Assembly: GCA_023380635.1 (NCBI GenBank)
Contig: JAMCRP010000001.1
Coordinates: forward strand, 173,305 to 237,304
Length of the DNA stretch: 64,000 nucleotides
Direction: 5' to 3'
From: Patescibacteria group bacterium
GTDB lineage: Bacteria; Patescibacteriota; Microgenomatia; JAMCZE01
Both the position numbers and the translations under genes were made by a program. The notes beneath the pieces were generated by a model, which did no database searches, was not told the DNA's origin, and saw nothing but the letters and a program-made list of their open reading frames with translations. Position 1 is the stretch's first letter. Every line of letters starts with the position of its first letter. Of the stretch, positions 9,162 through 18,408 are shown one piece after another.

Positions 9162-9241
9162 GCACTATTTTCACTAAAATCTGGTAAGAAGACAGCAAAA
9201 GAAAACAATCCTATAAAAATGAAGCTTATTAGTGGAGTCCG

Positions 9242-9715
9242 TTACAGAGAGATGGTTCCGGTCCAGATGGAGCCGTCGGAGAAGTCGAGCTCAATTTCCA
9301 CCGAAGTCACGCCGTCGTTACGCACACAAGACTTGGTGGAGCAGGTTCCCAGATCAATGACCTGAGTATAGGTTCCGTTAGTCACCTCTTGTGGTTTCAT
9401 GACCAGGGCGCCCTGGGTGCCTTTATTGCTGGTTTCGTATTGCACAACATAAGTGAGAGTTTTTACAGTGGGGTCGATGCCCTTGGCAGTTAGAGTAAAG
9501 TTATCCAGCCCATTAGCGCTGCGGCCTTTTTTGGCCGTTACCACCAGCTTCTGAACCCATTCCGGCTGAGTCGAAAGGTCCACTTTCTTAATCCCGGTTT
9601 CCGTCACTTCCGGTTTGGGCACAATTGCGGGCTTAGCTTGCGATTTTTGCCAGACGAGAAAACCGCCAACTACTACCAGAAGAAGAACTATTAAAACGGG
9701 CAGTTTATTTTTCAT
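9242..9715 (-). CDS. membrane-anchored hypothetical protein
   Basis: N-terminal TM helix, beta-rich ectodomain with LGTCSTKSC; ATGA overlap with glyQS stop. Confidence 0.8.
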   Translation of the reverse strand: MKNKLPVLIVLLLVVVGGFLVWQKSQAKPAIVPKPEVTETGIKKVDLSTQPEWVQKLVVTAKKGRSANGLDNFTLTAKGIDPTVKTLTYVVQYETSNKGTQGALVMKPQEVTNGTYTQVIDLGTCSTKSCVRNDGVTSVEIELDFSDGSIWTGTISL

Positions 9716-11070
9716 CCGAGCCTGCTTTTTATCTCTTCAACCAGTGTATCAGCATTTATTCTCTCTTGTAAAGTGGTATCCCGGTCCCGGATGGTGACGG
9801 TATTGTCTTCAAGTGTCTGGTAGTCAACCGTTACGCACCATGGGGTTCCGATTTCGTCCTGGGCCAGATATCTTTTCCCGATATTTCCCCGCTCATCCCA
9901 GACTGCCGGAAAGTGCAGTTTCAGTTCATGGTAAATTTTTTCTGCTTTACCCACTAATTCCGGCTTGTTTTTGACCAACGGGAAGACGGCCACTTTGTAT
10001 GGCGCTAGCTTTGGAGAAAGCTTTAAGACTACCCGCTCTTTTTCCTGATCCTCGGTGTAGGCATCAGCCAAAACCATAAACATCAACCGGTTAATTCCCA
10101 CTGCCGGCTCAATGACATGCGGCACAATCGCTTCTCCCGTCTCAGGATCACGGTAGGTTAAGTCAGCTCCGGAAAACTTGGCGTGCTGGGAAAGATCATA
10201 ATTTGTCCTGTAAGCCACTCCCCATAGCTCTTTCCAGCCAAAGGGATAGTTATAATCCAAGTCGTAGGTATCTTTGCTGTAATGACTGCGCTCTTTGTCC
10301 GAATGCCTTCGCCAGCGCAAATTTGGCTCTTTTACGCCTAAAGTGTTAGTCACAAAATGCCACATGTTCTCTTTCCAGTCTGCCATTAATTTTTCCCAGT
10401 CGTTTTTATCCGGATTAAAGAAATACTCGATTTCCGCCTGTTCAAACTCCAAAGTTCGGAAGATAAACTGCCCCGTAGTTATTTCGTTACGGAAGCTTTT
10501 TCCGATCTGGCCAATTCCAAAAGGCAATTTAACCCTTGTCGAGTCGACAACATTACGGAAATTGGAGAAAATTCCCTGAGCGGTTTCCCCGCGTAAATAG
10601 GCCGCAGATTTATCATCTTCCACTACTCCGATGCTGGTTTCAAATAGCAAATTAAACTTCTTGGGTTCGGTTAATTCGTTTCCTTCGGGGCTTTTAATCC
10701 TGTTCTTAGCAATATATTCTGCCATTTCTTCAAAGGTCATATTGTCCGCTTCCGAACCAATCAAATGATCGGCACGATAGCGTTTGTGAGTTACTTTATC
10801 TTCTACGAGAGGATCGTTGAAGCTAGTCACATGCCCTGAAGCTTCCCAGGTTTTAGGATGAAGAATTATTTGAGAATCTAACCCCACCATGTCGTCTCTT
10901 TTACTGATGAATTCGCTCCACCAGAGATTACGAATATTGCGAAGCAATTCAGCTCCGGCCGGACCATAATCATAGGAGCTAACTAATCCCCCGTAAATTT
11001 CTGAAGTTTGATAGACAAACCCCCGCCTTTTACAAAGCGCCACAATTTTTTGCATCAAATCCTCAGCCAT
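9712..11070 (-). CDS. glyQS: glycine--tRNA ligase, homodimeric (alpha2) type
   Basis: CKRRGF, YDYGP, LRGETAQG, GKSFRNEIT, FEQAEIE, HVIEPAVG, DEIGTP. Confidence 0.97.
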   Translation of the reverse strand: MAEDLMQKIVALCKRRGFVYQTSEIYGGLVSSYDYGPAGAELLRNIRNLWWSEFISKRDDMVGLDSQIILHPKTWEASGHVTSFNDPLVEDKVTHKRYRADHLIGSEADNMTFEEMAEYIAKNRIKSPEGNELTEPKKFNLLFETSIGVVEDDKSAAYLRGETAQGIFSNFRNVVDSTRVKLPFGIGQIGKSFRNEITTGQFIFRTLEFEQAEIEYFFNPDKNDWEKLMADWKENMWHFVTNTLGVKEPNLRWRRHSDKERSHYSKDTYDLDYNYPFGWKELWGVAYRTNYDLSQHAKFSGADLTYRDPETGEAIVPHVIEPAVGINRLMFMVLADAYTEDQEKERVVLKLSPKLAPYKVAVFPLVKNKPELVGKAEKIYHELKLHFPAVWDERGNIGKRYLAQDEIGTPWCVTVDYQTLEDNTVTIRDRDTTLQERINADTLVEEIKSRLG

Positions 11071-11076
11071 AAGTAG

Positions 11077-11085
11077 AGTTTAGCA
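11077..11085 (-). promoter_or_regulatory. extended -10 (TGcTAAACT), 6 nt before glyQS ATG
   Basis: Minus strand reads TGC TAAACT ctactt ATG. Confidence 0.55.
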
Positions 11086-11091
11086 GGAGAA

Positions 11092-11616
11092 CTATAATTC
11101 CTCAATGATCTTCTTACTTTTGATGCGCCGTTCGGCAACGGATTCGACAAAAGAAGTCAGGCCTTCTTTGGGATAGTGACCGAATGGGAGAAAACCAAGC
11201 TGCCAAAGCAGCTTAGCCGTGAATTCCTTTATTTTATTTTCTTCCAGGTTCTTACCCTTCAGTAATTCCTCTAAAAGCCAGTAAACTTGTTCGTGCGGTT
11301 CATTTTCCGGCAGAAGTTTATCTATTACTTCCGCGGCGTAGAAAGCAAAACCAAGAGATTTAAAATTATTCTGCATTACAAATGGAGTTACTGTTTTGGC
11401 TTCGGTAATAATCTCAAAGTTTTTGCCCCGGTGAAGCATGAGTGCCACTTCGTTTAGCGGTTCCAGGTGCGGCGCCCGGCGGCTTTTTATTCTCCTAATA
11501 CCTTTAGCTACCACTGATAACTTGCCCCGTTCCTTGGTAAACAAGGTGATTACCTTATCGCTTTCCCCAAAATTTATGCGTTTGAGAACAATCCCGGTTA
11601 TTTTCGAAGTCTTCAC
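11092..11616 (-). CDS. recO: DNA repair protein RecO (short, no Zn-finger Cys)
   Basis: GIVLKRINFGESDKVITLFTKERGK..AKGIRRIKSR; 174 aa. Confidence 0.92.
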   Translation of the reverse strand: MKTSKITGIVLKRINFGESDKVITLFTKERGKLSVVAKGIRRIKSRRAPHLEPLNEVALMLHRGKNFEIITEAKTVTPFVMQNNFKSLGFAFYAAEVIDKLLPENEPHEQVYWLLEELLKGKNLEENKIKEFTAKLLWQLGFLPFGHYPKEGLTSFVESVAERRIKSKKIIEEL

Positions 11617-11622
11617 GAGGAG

Positions 11623-11628
11623 ATTATA
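11623..11628 (-). promoter_or_regulatory. -10 box TATAAT, 6 nt before recO GTG
   Basis: Minus strand reads gg TATAAT ctcctc GTG. Confidence 0.55.
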
Positions 11629-11630
11629 CC

Positions 11631-13541
11631 CTACAACTTGACGTTGATTTCCTTATCTTCCGTCAGCGCGAACTCCTGCGATTTATTGTTGACGATTACC
11701 TTGTAGTCAATGCCATCTGTCCCCGGTTGTTTTTGAATCAGGAGATTATAGTTGCCGTTCTTTTTGAAATTGCCGGCAACTTTATACTTAATCTGAATTT
11801 TAGCTAAGCCTTCCGGCACGACCGTAAAGAAGCCGTCAACAACCGTGTGGTCCAGATCATCAAAAGTCTGGCTTTTGCTCTCAAAACCCTTAACATCCGT
11901 AATTGTCGCCCCTTTTGGCAGGTAAACTCGCAGGTAGTCCCGGTATATTCCTGCCAGGCAGAGCCCGGAGACCCGTTCCAAAGAACAGTTATCCGCTGCG
12001 TGGGGATAACGGTATTCAAGATTAAGGGTTTCATCGGCGCCGCTGTCAGTTATCGAAACTTCCTTGGTCACTTTAGGAACAATGTAGAGGTTAGACTTGG
12101 CCCCGGCCAGATTGGCGTCATTGACATGAAGGTAGTCACCGTTATAAGTTTTAATCCGGCCGCCGAAATTCAGAGCCTCAATCCCCCGTTGGGCATCTTC
12201 ATTATGAACATAGAATAGAATGTGTTTTTGCAGAGCTTCGCTCATCGCCGCCTGGAAAAGTGGAGCATAAACCTGTTTACTTCCAGTCATGGCTTTTTTC
12301 ATTAAAGATTGCAGAAGAACCCCGATAATATCTTTGCGGCTGCCCCGTTCGTAGGCTTTTGGCTCATCAGCATATTTTTCCAGTTCATAAATTACCATCG
12401 GACAGTCACACTGCGGAACTTTTGTGGTCGTAAAAGTGGTGCCGTAAGTGTCCACCGGCCCCAAAACATTCATTAGACTCACTAGAACATGGGTGTCCAT
12501 GGCAATGATGCCATCAATGTTTTGCTTGGCATTTGAAGTGGCATACAGATCTTCAAAGGTTTTCATGGAAGAGTAATAATCCGGCGAGAAGTTGGCGTCG
12601 CGCATCCGCCAGCCATAAACATTAAGATATCGGGAAATGGGATCCGGAGGAGCAACATGTTTGGTCATCGTGTCATCAAGTTTGTAAATATCGTCGGAAG
12701 TCTGAAGAGAAATTTTGCCCTTGTCTACCTGAAAAATCGCATAGGCGGTAATAAAACCGCCGGTTGGACGCAGTTCCGCATCATTTTGGAACAAAACCAT
12801 GTACTTTTTTGGCTGCTGGGAACCGAGCATTTCCGGCAACTGCTTGACCATCGGCCGCGCTTCGGTCAAAAGATTGTCAGCCATATCAATTGCTTCTTTC
12901 GCCCCCACAATCTGGCTTCTAATCGGTTTTCCCTGAAAGCTTTCCGGGTAACGGTTCGGGTCGACCTGATCCAGAGCCTTGCGCATCGCACTGACTTTAA
13001 CCGCAATCTGGTCAATCTGAGGTTTAACCTTATCCAGGGTTTCCACCATCATCGCAATCCGTTCTTCAGTAGTTCCCCCGGTGAAGCTTCCCTGGCCTTT
13101 AAGACCCAACAAATCAGCGTATGGCTCAATGGCCGTCGCTGTTATCTGAGCGGCCTCCAAACCCTGCTTACCGGCATCCATGAAGGCAAAAGCATCGTTA
13201 GTGTAACCGCCCAGAAGGGGAATAAATCTAGTCCAGCCAATCAGGTTCAGATCCGATTGAACGACCGTTAACTGCTTTTGTGTCGCGACAACAGCGTCTC
13301 TGGTTTTGGCGATATCCTGAGATTTAGCCGCGTCTTTAATTCCCAGCGCCAACCGATAAGTTGTCTTGGCATCGGCGTAAAGGCGAAACAGCGGTAATCC
13401 TAACGCCAGAACTAAAACCACGACGGCAATTATTAATACTAAAAGCCCTTTTTTATGCGGCAGTTTCTTTTCCGTCATAACCGGTTCGGCTTTCGCCACA
13501 AAGGTTTCATCCGGTTTAATTTCTTTGATTTCTTCTTCCAT
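11631..13541 (-). CDS. DUF4012-family membrane-anchored protein
   Basis: TM helix, helical stalk, then LFQNDAELRPTGGF, RDANFSPDY, IDGIIAMD, K-x-N and YLRVYLP motifs. Confidence 0.82.
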   Translation of the reverse strand: MEEEIKEIKPDETFVAKAEPVMTEKKLPHKKGLLVLIIAVVVLVLALGLPLFRLYADAKTTYRLALGIKDAAKSQDIAKTRDAVVATQKQLTVVQSDLNLIGWTRFIPLLGGYTNDAFAFMDAGKQGLEAAQITATAIEPYADLLGLKGQGSFTGGTTEERIAMMVETLDKVKPQIDQIAVKVSAMRKALDQVDPNRYPESFQGKPIRSQIVGAKEAIDMADNLLTEARPMVKQLPEMLGSQQPKKYMVLFQNDAELRPTGGFITAYAIFQVDKGKISLQTSDDIYKLDDTMTKHVAPPDPISRYLNVYGWRMRDANFSPDYYSSMKTFEDLYATSNAKQNIDGIIAMDTHVLVSLMNVLGPVDTYGTTFTTTKVPQCDCPMVIYELEKYADEPKAYERGSRKDIIGVLLQSLMKKAMTGSKQVYAPLFQAAMSEALQKHILFYVHNEDAQRGIEALNFGGRIKTYNGDYLHVNDANLAGAKSNLYIVPKVTKEVSITDSGADETLNLEYRYPHAADNCSLERVSGLCLAGIYRDYLRVYLPKGATITDVKGFESKSQTFDDLDHTVVDGFFTVVPEGLAKIQIKYKVAGNFKKNGNYNLLIQKQPGTDGIDYKVIVNNKSQEFALTEDKEINVKL

Positions 13542-13555
13542 GAGTTTTCAGGATA

Positions 13556-14194
13556 TCACCATTTGTTAAACATTGCCAAGGGGGTTTTTAAAACGATCAC
13601 AAAGTCTCTCCAGATAGATTTGTTACGGGCATACGCAGCGTCAAGAGCTACCCGTCGATCCCAAGAAATGGCATTACGACCGCTTGTTTGCCAAGGACCA
13701 GTGAGCCCCGGTTTTACCGAAAGCGCTACATCCAATTCCTTTTTTAAGCCTGGAAAGAATTTTAGTTGCTGAGCAATTTCATCACCAAAAATATCATCAT
13801 TTCGATATGCTCTCGGACCAACCATACTCATGTCGCCCGCAAGAATATTCCAAAGATTAGGTAATTCGTCGAGGCTATATTTTCTAATAAATCTTCCCAC
13901 TCTGGTAATCCTGGGATCCTGGTTCGCCGGGAGTTTCCAACCCTCTTTTTTCTTAAAATTCTTCATGAACTCTCTATCTTTGGCCAGCATCTTGTCAACA
14001 TTGTCAAACATAGATCGGAATTTCCAGATAAAAAATATTTTTCCGTCCTTGCCCACTCGCCTCTGTTTATAAATACATGGACCTGGCGAGTCTAATTTAA
14101 TTGCCAAGGCAATTAGAAGAAGTAAAGGAGAAAACAGGGTAATTACAAACAGTGCCGACAGAATATCCGTGGTTCTTTTAAGAATGTCGTACAT
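13556..14194 (-). CDS. initiating polyprenyl-phosphate sugar-1-phosphate transferase (small monotopic WbaP/PglC-type, Bac_transf)
   Basis: KRTTD, KFRSM, DPRITRVG, SLDELP, GDMSMVGPR, KPGLTG.WQ.SGR. Confidence 0.93.
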   Translation of the reverse strand: MYDILKRTTDILSALFVITLFSPLLLLIALAIKLDSPGPCIYKQRRVGKDGKIFFIWKFRSMFDNVDKMLAKDREFMKNFKKKEGWKLPANQDPRITRVGRFIRKYSLDELPNLWNILAGDMSMVGPRAYRNDDIFGDEIAQQLKFFPGLKKELDVALSVKPGLTGPWQTSGRNAISWDRRVALDAAYARNKSIWRDFVIVLKTPLAMFNKW

Positions 14195-15293
14195 ATTCGC
14201 GATATTTTCTTTCGGCAGTTTCCTTAAATTCTTTTTTAAACCTTTCTTTCGAAAACCTCTGTGCGTTAGTATTGCAATCTTCTCTGATTACTCTTACTTC
14301 TCTAATTTCTCGGATTTTCGCGGCCAAGCTCTCCGGTTTCGGCTCGTCAAAAAACCAGCCGGTTTTCCCTTCAACTACCGTTTCCGTCACCCCTCCTTTT
14401 TTATATGCAATTACCGGTTTACCATGGGCCTGGGCCTCCACCGCGACAATGTTAAAATCCTCTTCTCCGGGAATTACGACCGCCCGGCAGTTTTCATAAT
14501 ACCGGTTCAGCTCTTCGTCTGTCAAATAGCCCAAAAACTCTATATTCTTTTTTGCCCTCCCCTTCAATCTGTTTTCTTCTTTCCCTGTCCCGATTATTTT
14601 TAGCGGCAACCCCAGCTGGTTAAACGCGCTAACGGCAATATCCAGCCTTTTTTGCGGCGCCAACCGCGAAACAATTAAATAATATTCCCCGGCGTTTGAG
14701 GCTTGAGATTTGCTTGGGATTTGGGATTTGGGATTTGGGATTTCTACTGGTGGATAGATTACTTCGCTCTCCCGATTGTAGATTCGTTTTATCCTTTCCT
14801 GTACTGCCCGAGAAATAGTCAAGTACTGGTCCGGCCTGGCAGCCACAATCCTGTCGTACCAGCGCAAATACTTCACTAACGGATTACTGACGGCCCGAAA
14901 CCAACCCGGCTTGGCAGAAAAATAATCGTCATGACTATCCCAAAGATAACCGACCGGGTTCAGGCAGTAGCAAAGATGGAAAGTTTCGGGCTTAGTAATG
15001 ATCGCCTTTGCAAATTCATGAGTGACGGAAATTACCAAATCATATTTATCAAAATTGAAGCTTTCAAAGGCTAAACCCATTAAATATGGGTACATTTCGT
15101 GTGCATTTTTAGGAAGCGGTAATTTTTGAAGAAAAGATGTCCTCACATCAAAGCTATCAGCCCATGGCGTCAATCTCTTATCATAGACAGAGGTATAGAG
15201 CGGAGCCTCTGGCCAAATCTCATGCAGGGCCAAAAGTAATCTCTCTGCCCCGCCAAACTTATTTATCCGATCGTAAACTAGAGCTACTTTCAT
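14178..15293 (-). CDS. GT4 glycosyltransferase (WbaZ-like)
   Basis: GGAER, VIYPPV, SRLAPQKR, EEDFNIVAVEAQAHGKPVI. Confidence 0.9.
   Translation of the reverse strand: MKVALVYDRINKFGGAERLLLALHEIWPEAPLYTSVYDKRLTPWADSFDVRTSFLQKLPLPKNAHEMYPYLMGLAFESFNFDKYDLVISVTHEFAKAIITKPETFHLCYCLNPVGYLWDSHDDYFSAKPGWFRAVSNPLVKYLRWYDRIVAARPDQYLTISRAVQERIKRIYNRESEVIYPPVEIPNPKSQIPSKSQASNAGEYYLIVSRLAPQKRLDIAVSAFNQLGLPLKIIGTGKEENRLKGRAKKNIEFLGYLTDEELNRYYENCRAVVIPGEEDFNIVAVEAQAHGKPVIAYKKGGVTETVVEGKTGWFFDEPKPESLAAKIREIREVRVIREDCNTNAQRFSKERFKKEFKETAERKYREYVRHS
14714..14741. repeat. perfect heptamer tandem (TTGGGAT)x4 inside GT4
   Basis: Units at 14714, 14721, 14728, 14735; encodes IPNPKSQIP. Confidence 0.9.
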
Positions 15294-16338
15294 AAATTTT
15301 ACGAGTTTCCTTTACGCAGCGTTCCCAACTATATGATTTGGCTCTTTTATATCCACGATCTGTTAGTTCTTTCAATTTTTCCTTATCCTTTAGTGTCTCC
15401 TTTATTACTCTGGCAATATCTTTAGGATCATTTTGATTAAAGTAGACCGCTGCGTCGCCATACACTTCATGAAACACAGGAATATCCGAAACGATTGCCG
15501 GGCAGCCAACACTCATGGCTTCCAATGGAGGGATGCCAAAGCCTTCCATTTTCGAAGAGGTGACAAAAGCTGAGGCGTGGCGATACCAGTCAGCTAGCCG
15601 GCTATTGGGCACTTCACCAATAACTTCGACATATTTTGATTTTGGTAGCCGGGGATAGAAAAATTTATCATTCCCTACCAGAACAAGTTTCATTTTTAAA
15701 ATTTCCGCAGCTTTGATCAAGGTCTCAACATTCTTATGCGGATGGGCATTGCCCACATACAGGAGATAGGGTTTGACCGTTAATGGTTTGCCGGGCTTTG
15801 AAGTGCCTTCCAAAGCTCCTGATTCATAAATCACGGAAATCTTATCGGGATCAGCCTTGTAATGTTTTACTATCTCACTTTTAGCGTCATTGGACAGGGT
15901 AAAAATCCTTTCCGCCCGGAAGACACTAACCCAATTAACCAGATGGTAACCGGTTTTTTTAATGACATACAACCAACCGGGCAGCGTCGACCATTTGCCG
16001 GTTTTATAGTGATCAAATATCAAGTCGTGAATAGTAATGACAAATTTGCCGGGATAAAGAATCGGGAAGGAAAAATAGGGGAAATGTAACAGATCCAATT
16101 TTTCCCGGGAGAATATCCAGGGAAGAAGCAGCTGCTCTCTTAGCGTATGCCAGTGGACATCCGCCAGAACTTTTTTCCATTTCGGGCTGGGCATTTCAAC
16201 CGCCTCGAATTCTTTTTTGGAAAAAAACCAGACATATTCGTTTTCTTTATCGATTTCAGGAAGATATTTAAAAATTGAACGAATGTAGCGACCAACACCA
16301 GTTTCGTTCCACAGCCGGGCGTCAATGCCGATCCTCAT
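15259..16338 (-). CDS. GT4 glycosyltransferase (MtfB-like)
   Basis: MRIGIDAR, TIHDL, HKNV, EGFGIPPLEAMSVG. Confidence 0.92.
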   Translation of the reverse strand: MRIGIDARLWNETGVGRYIRSIFKYLPEIDKENEYVWFFSKKEFEAVEMPSPKWKKVLADVHWHTLREQLLLPWIFSREKLDLLHFPYFSFPILYPGKFVITIHDLIFDHYKTGKWSTLPGWLYVIKKTGYHLVNWVSVFRAERIFTLSNDAKSEIVKHYKADPDKISVIYESGALEGTSKPGKPLTVKPYLLYVGNAHPHKNVETLIKAAEILKMKLVLVGNDKFFYPRLPKSKYVEVIGEVPNSRLADWYRHASAFVTSSKMEGFGIPPLEAMSVGCPAIVSDIPVFHEVYGDAAVYFNQNDPKDIARVIKETLKDKEKLKELTDRGYKRAKSYSWERCVKETRKIYESSSSLRSDK

Positions 16339-17237
16339 TAGTCCCTCCCCCGCCGTAAATAATTGACCAAACCGATTCCGCCAAGCACCGCGCTGCGAAA
16401 CAGTTCTGGGTACTTTTTGCGATAATGTTTATCGTAAAAAATGCGCATCGCGTCATAACGGGCTTGGTTCCACCTTGCCTGATTGTCAGGATCAACTTTG
16501 GCTACGGATTTTGAAGTAGATTTTAAACCCGAACTGGCTCCCCAATAGTGCATAATTTTAACATCCGGAACAAAATAAACTTTGTAGCCCAGCTCCTTTA
16601 CCCGGTAGCACATCTCGATATCTTCGCCATAGGAAAAATAATCCTCGTCAAACCAACCAATCTTGTCTAATAATTTCTTTCGAATTAGTAAAAATGTCCC
16701 GGACACGGCATCAACCTCATGAACTTTGTCTAAAGGTAAATAGGTAGCCGTATAGCCGGAAAACATTTTGCTTTTGGGAAACAGTTTTGCCAGGCCTGTA
16801 AAATAGGCTAATGAGTTCCAAGGTGTGGGAAACCCCCGGTGAGAAGCATAGTATTGACCACCGTTGGGTAATAGCGTCAGGCAGGTGGAAATGCCGGCAT
16901 CAAGAGTATAGTCCATAAACTGAACCATTCGCTCCAGAGTTCCGGGGTATACTTGCGTGTCGGAATTAAGAAACAGAACATACTCCCCTTTTGCCTTTTC
17001 CCTAGCGCAATTATTACCTCGTGTGAATCCGCAATTTTCTTTGTTTTTTATTAACTCCACTTCCGGAAACTCTTTCTGAACCATTATTACTGAGTTGTCC
17101 GTACTGGCGTTATCGATCACTATCACCTGATAGTCCGGACGCGAGGGTATGGAAGCCAAGCACTGCCGCAACAACGCTTCAGTATTGTAGTTGAGAATAA
17201 TAATTGACAATTTAACTTTTGCCGGCAGTTTCTTCAT
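16338..17237 (-). CDS. GT2 glycosyltransferase (WbbL-like)
   Basis: SIIILNYNT, IDNASTD, FLNSD, DAVSGTF, FDEDYFSYGEDIE; start set at MKKLP. Confidence 0.9.
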   Translation of the reverse strand: MKKLPAKVKLSIIILNYNTEALLRQCLASIPSRPDYQVIVIDNASTDNSVIMVQKEFPEVELIKNKENCGFTRGNNCAREKAKGEYVLFLNSDTQVYPGTLERMVQFMDYTLDAGISTCLTLLPNGGQYYASHRGFPTPWNSLAYFTGLAKLFPKSKMFSGYTATYLPLDKVHEVDAVSGTFLLIRKKLLDKIGWFDEDYFSYGEDIEMCYRVKELGYKVYFVPDVKIMHYWGASSGLKSTSKSVAKVDPDNQARWNQARYDAMRIFYDKHYRKKYPELFRSAVLGGIGLVNYLRRGRD

Positions 17238-18405
17238 AGATTTTTTCCAGACTGGTAGAAATTTTTCCCCAGTCATAATTATCAGCCACTAACTTTTTAG
17301 CGTTGGTGGACAGACTTTTTGCCAGAGGTTTATTCAGCACTGCTTCTACCGCCAGTTTTGCCAGTTCATTTTTGTTATTACTAATCAGGGCATGCTTCCG
17401 GTCAATCGCCCCAATCCCTTCAATGCCGATTTCCGTGGAGACCACCGGCAAATCTGAGGCCATCGCTTCCAGAATTTTGTATCTGGTCCCCCCGCCGCCA
17501 AAAAGCGGTGCCAGAAGAACTGCTGAGCCCTGATAAGCTGTCCTTATGTCTTCGACATCGTCGGATACGACAATGCTGTCACCAGCCAGATTTTTAATGG
17601 CTTCCGTGGGACTTCGTCCCACAATCCACAAGGTTGCCTCGGGAAGCTTCTTTTTTATTTCGGGCCAGATTTCTCTTACCAGAATTTCCACCGCCTCCCG
17701 GTTCTGTAACCAGTTAAAATTTCCTACAAACAGGAATTTTGTGCCCGTTGATTTACCGTTAAGGATTTTTTTAGTGAAGAAATCCATGTCCACGCCGTTA
17801 GGAACAATACCAACATCCAGTCCCGGCGCCAGTTCTTTCATTTTTTCCTTGTCCGCTTCCGACATGGCCACTACTTTTTTAGCCTTTTGCCAAAAATATT
17901 TTTCCCAATATTTATGTTTAGCGACATCGACATACAACAACGGTTTTACCGGCCAAAGCCGGGAAGTTTGCGTGAAATGTTGGTAGACAAGATATTCAAT
18001 CGTCTGCTCGGCAAGAAGAACCGGAACCGTAGTGGAGGCAATGTTGGGCATAATGTAATAAGTTTCCACATGGATTAGATCATACTTTTCCTTTGCCAGT
18101 TCGGCGGAAATCGCCTCAGTCACCCGGCCGCTACGATACATGTTCACCAAATAGGGATAAGGGGATACCGCGGTTACCAAAAGCTTTTCCGGCGAAGCCC
18201 AGGCTTTTTTCCGGCCAAAGATTTCCACTTTACGGCAATATTTTCGCAATTGGGTTAAATCCGGTTCCGGTTGATCTGTCCGCAAAAAAGAAAACGAAGT
18301 GATTTCATGTTTTCGGGAAAGATTCTTAATTAGATTGAAAGTTCTCGTCTGGCCACCAGAATTTGGTGGATACGGCACGTATGGCGTAAACATCAAAATT
18401 TTCAT
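17212..18405 (-). CDS. GT4 glycosyltransferase
   Basis: PYPPNSGG, VPNGVD, GGGTRYKILEAMAS. Confidence 0.9.
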   Translation of the reverse strand: MKILMFTPYVPYPPNSGGQTRTFNLIKNLSRKHEITSFSFLRTDQPEPDLTQLRKYCRKVEIFGRKKAWASPEKLLVTAVSPYPYLVNMYRSGRVTEAISAELAKEKYDLIHVETYYIMPNIASTTVPVLLAEQTIEYLVYQHFTQTSRLWPVKPLLYVDVAKHKYWEKYFWQKAKKVVAMSEADKEKMKELAPGLDVGIVPNGVDMDFFTKKILNGKSTGTKFLFVGNFNWLQNREAVEILVREIWPEIKKKLPEATLWIVGRSPTEAIKNLAGDSIVVSDDVEDIRTAYQGSAVLLAPLFGGGGTRYKILEAMASDLPVVSTEIGIEGIGAIDRKHALISNNKNELAKLAVEAVLNKPLAKSLSTNAKKLVADNYDWGKISTSLEKIYEETAGKS

Positions 18406-18408
18406 AAC

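Noticed and set aside
9175-9241. Possible terminator or ncRNA in the only long intergenic region
   Set aside because: No convincing GC-rich hairpin with U-tract and no tRNA-like structure found by eye.
12657-13271. 204-aa plus-strand ORF (also 17546-17986, 20471-20932, 50953-51456 and many shorter ones)
   Set aside because: Antisense shadows fully inside well-supported minus-strand genes; no recognisable motifs.
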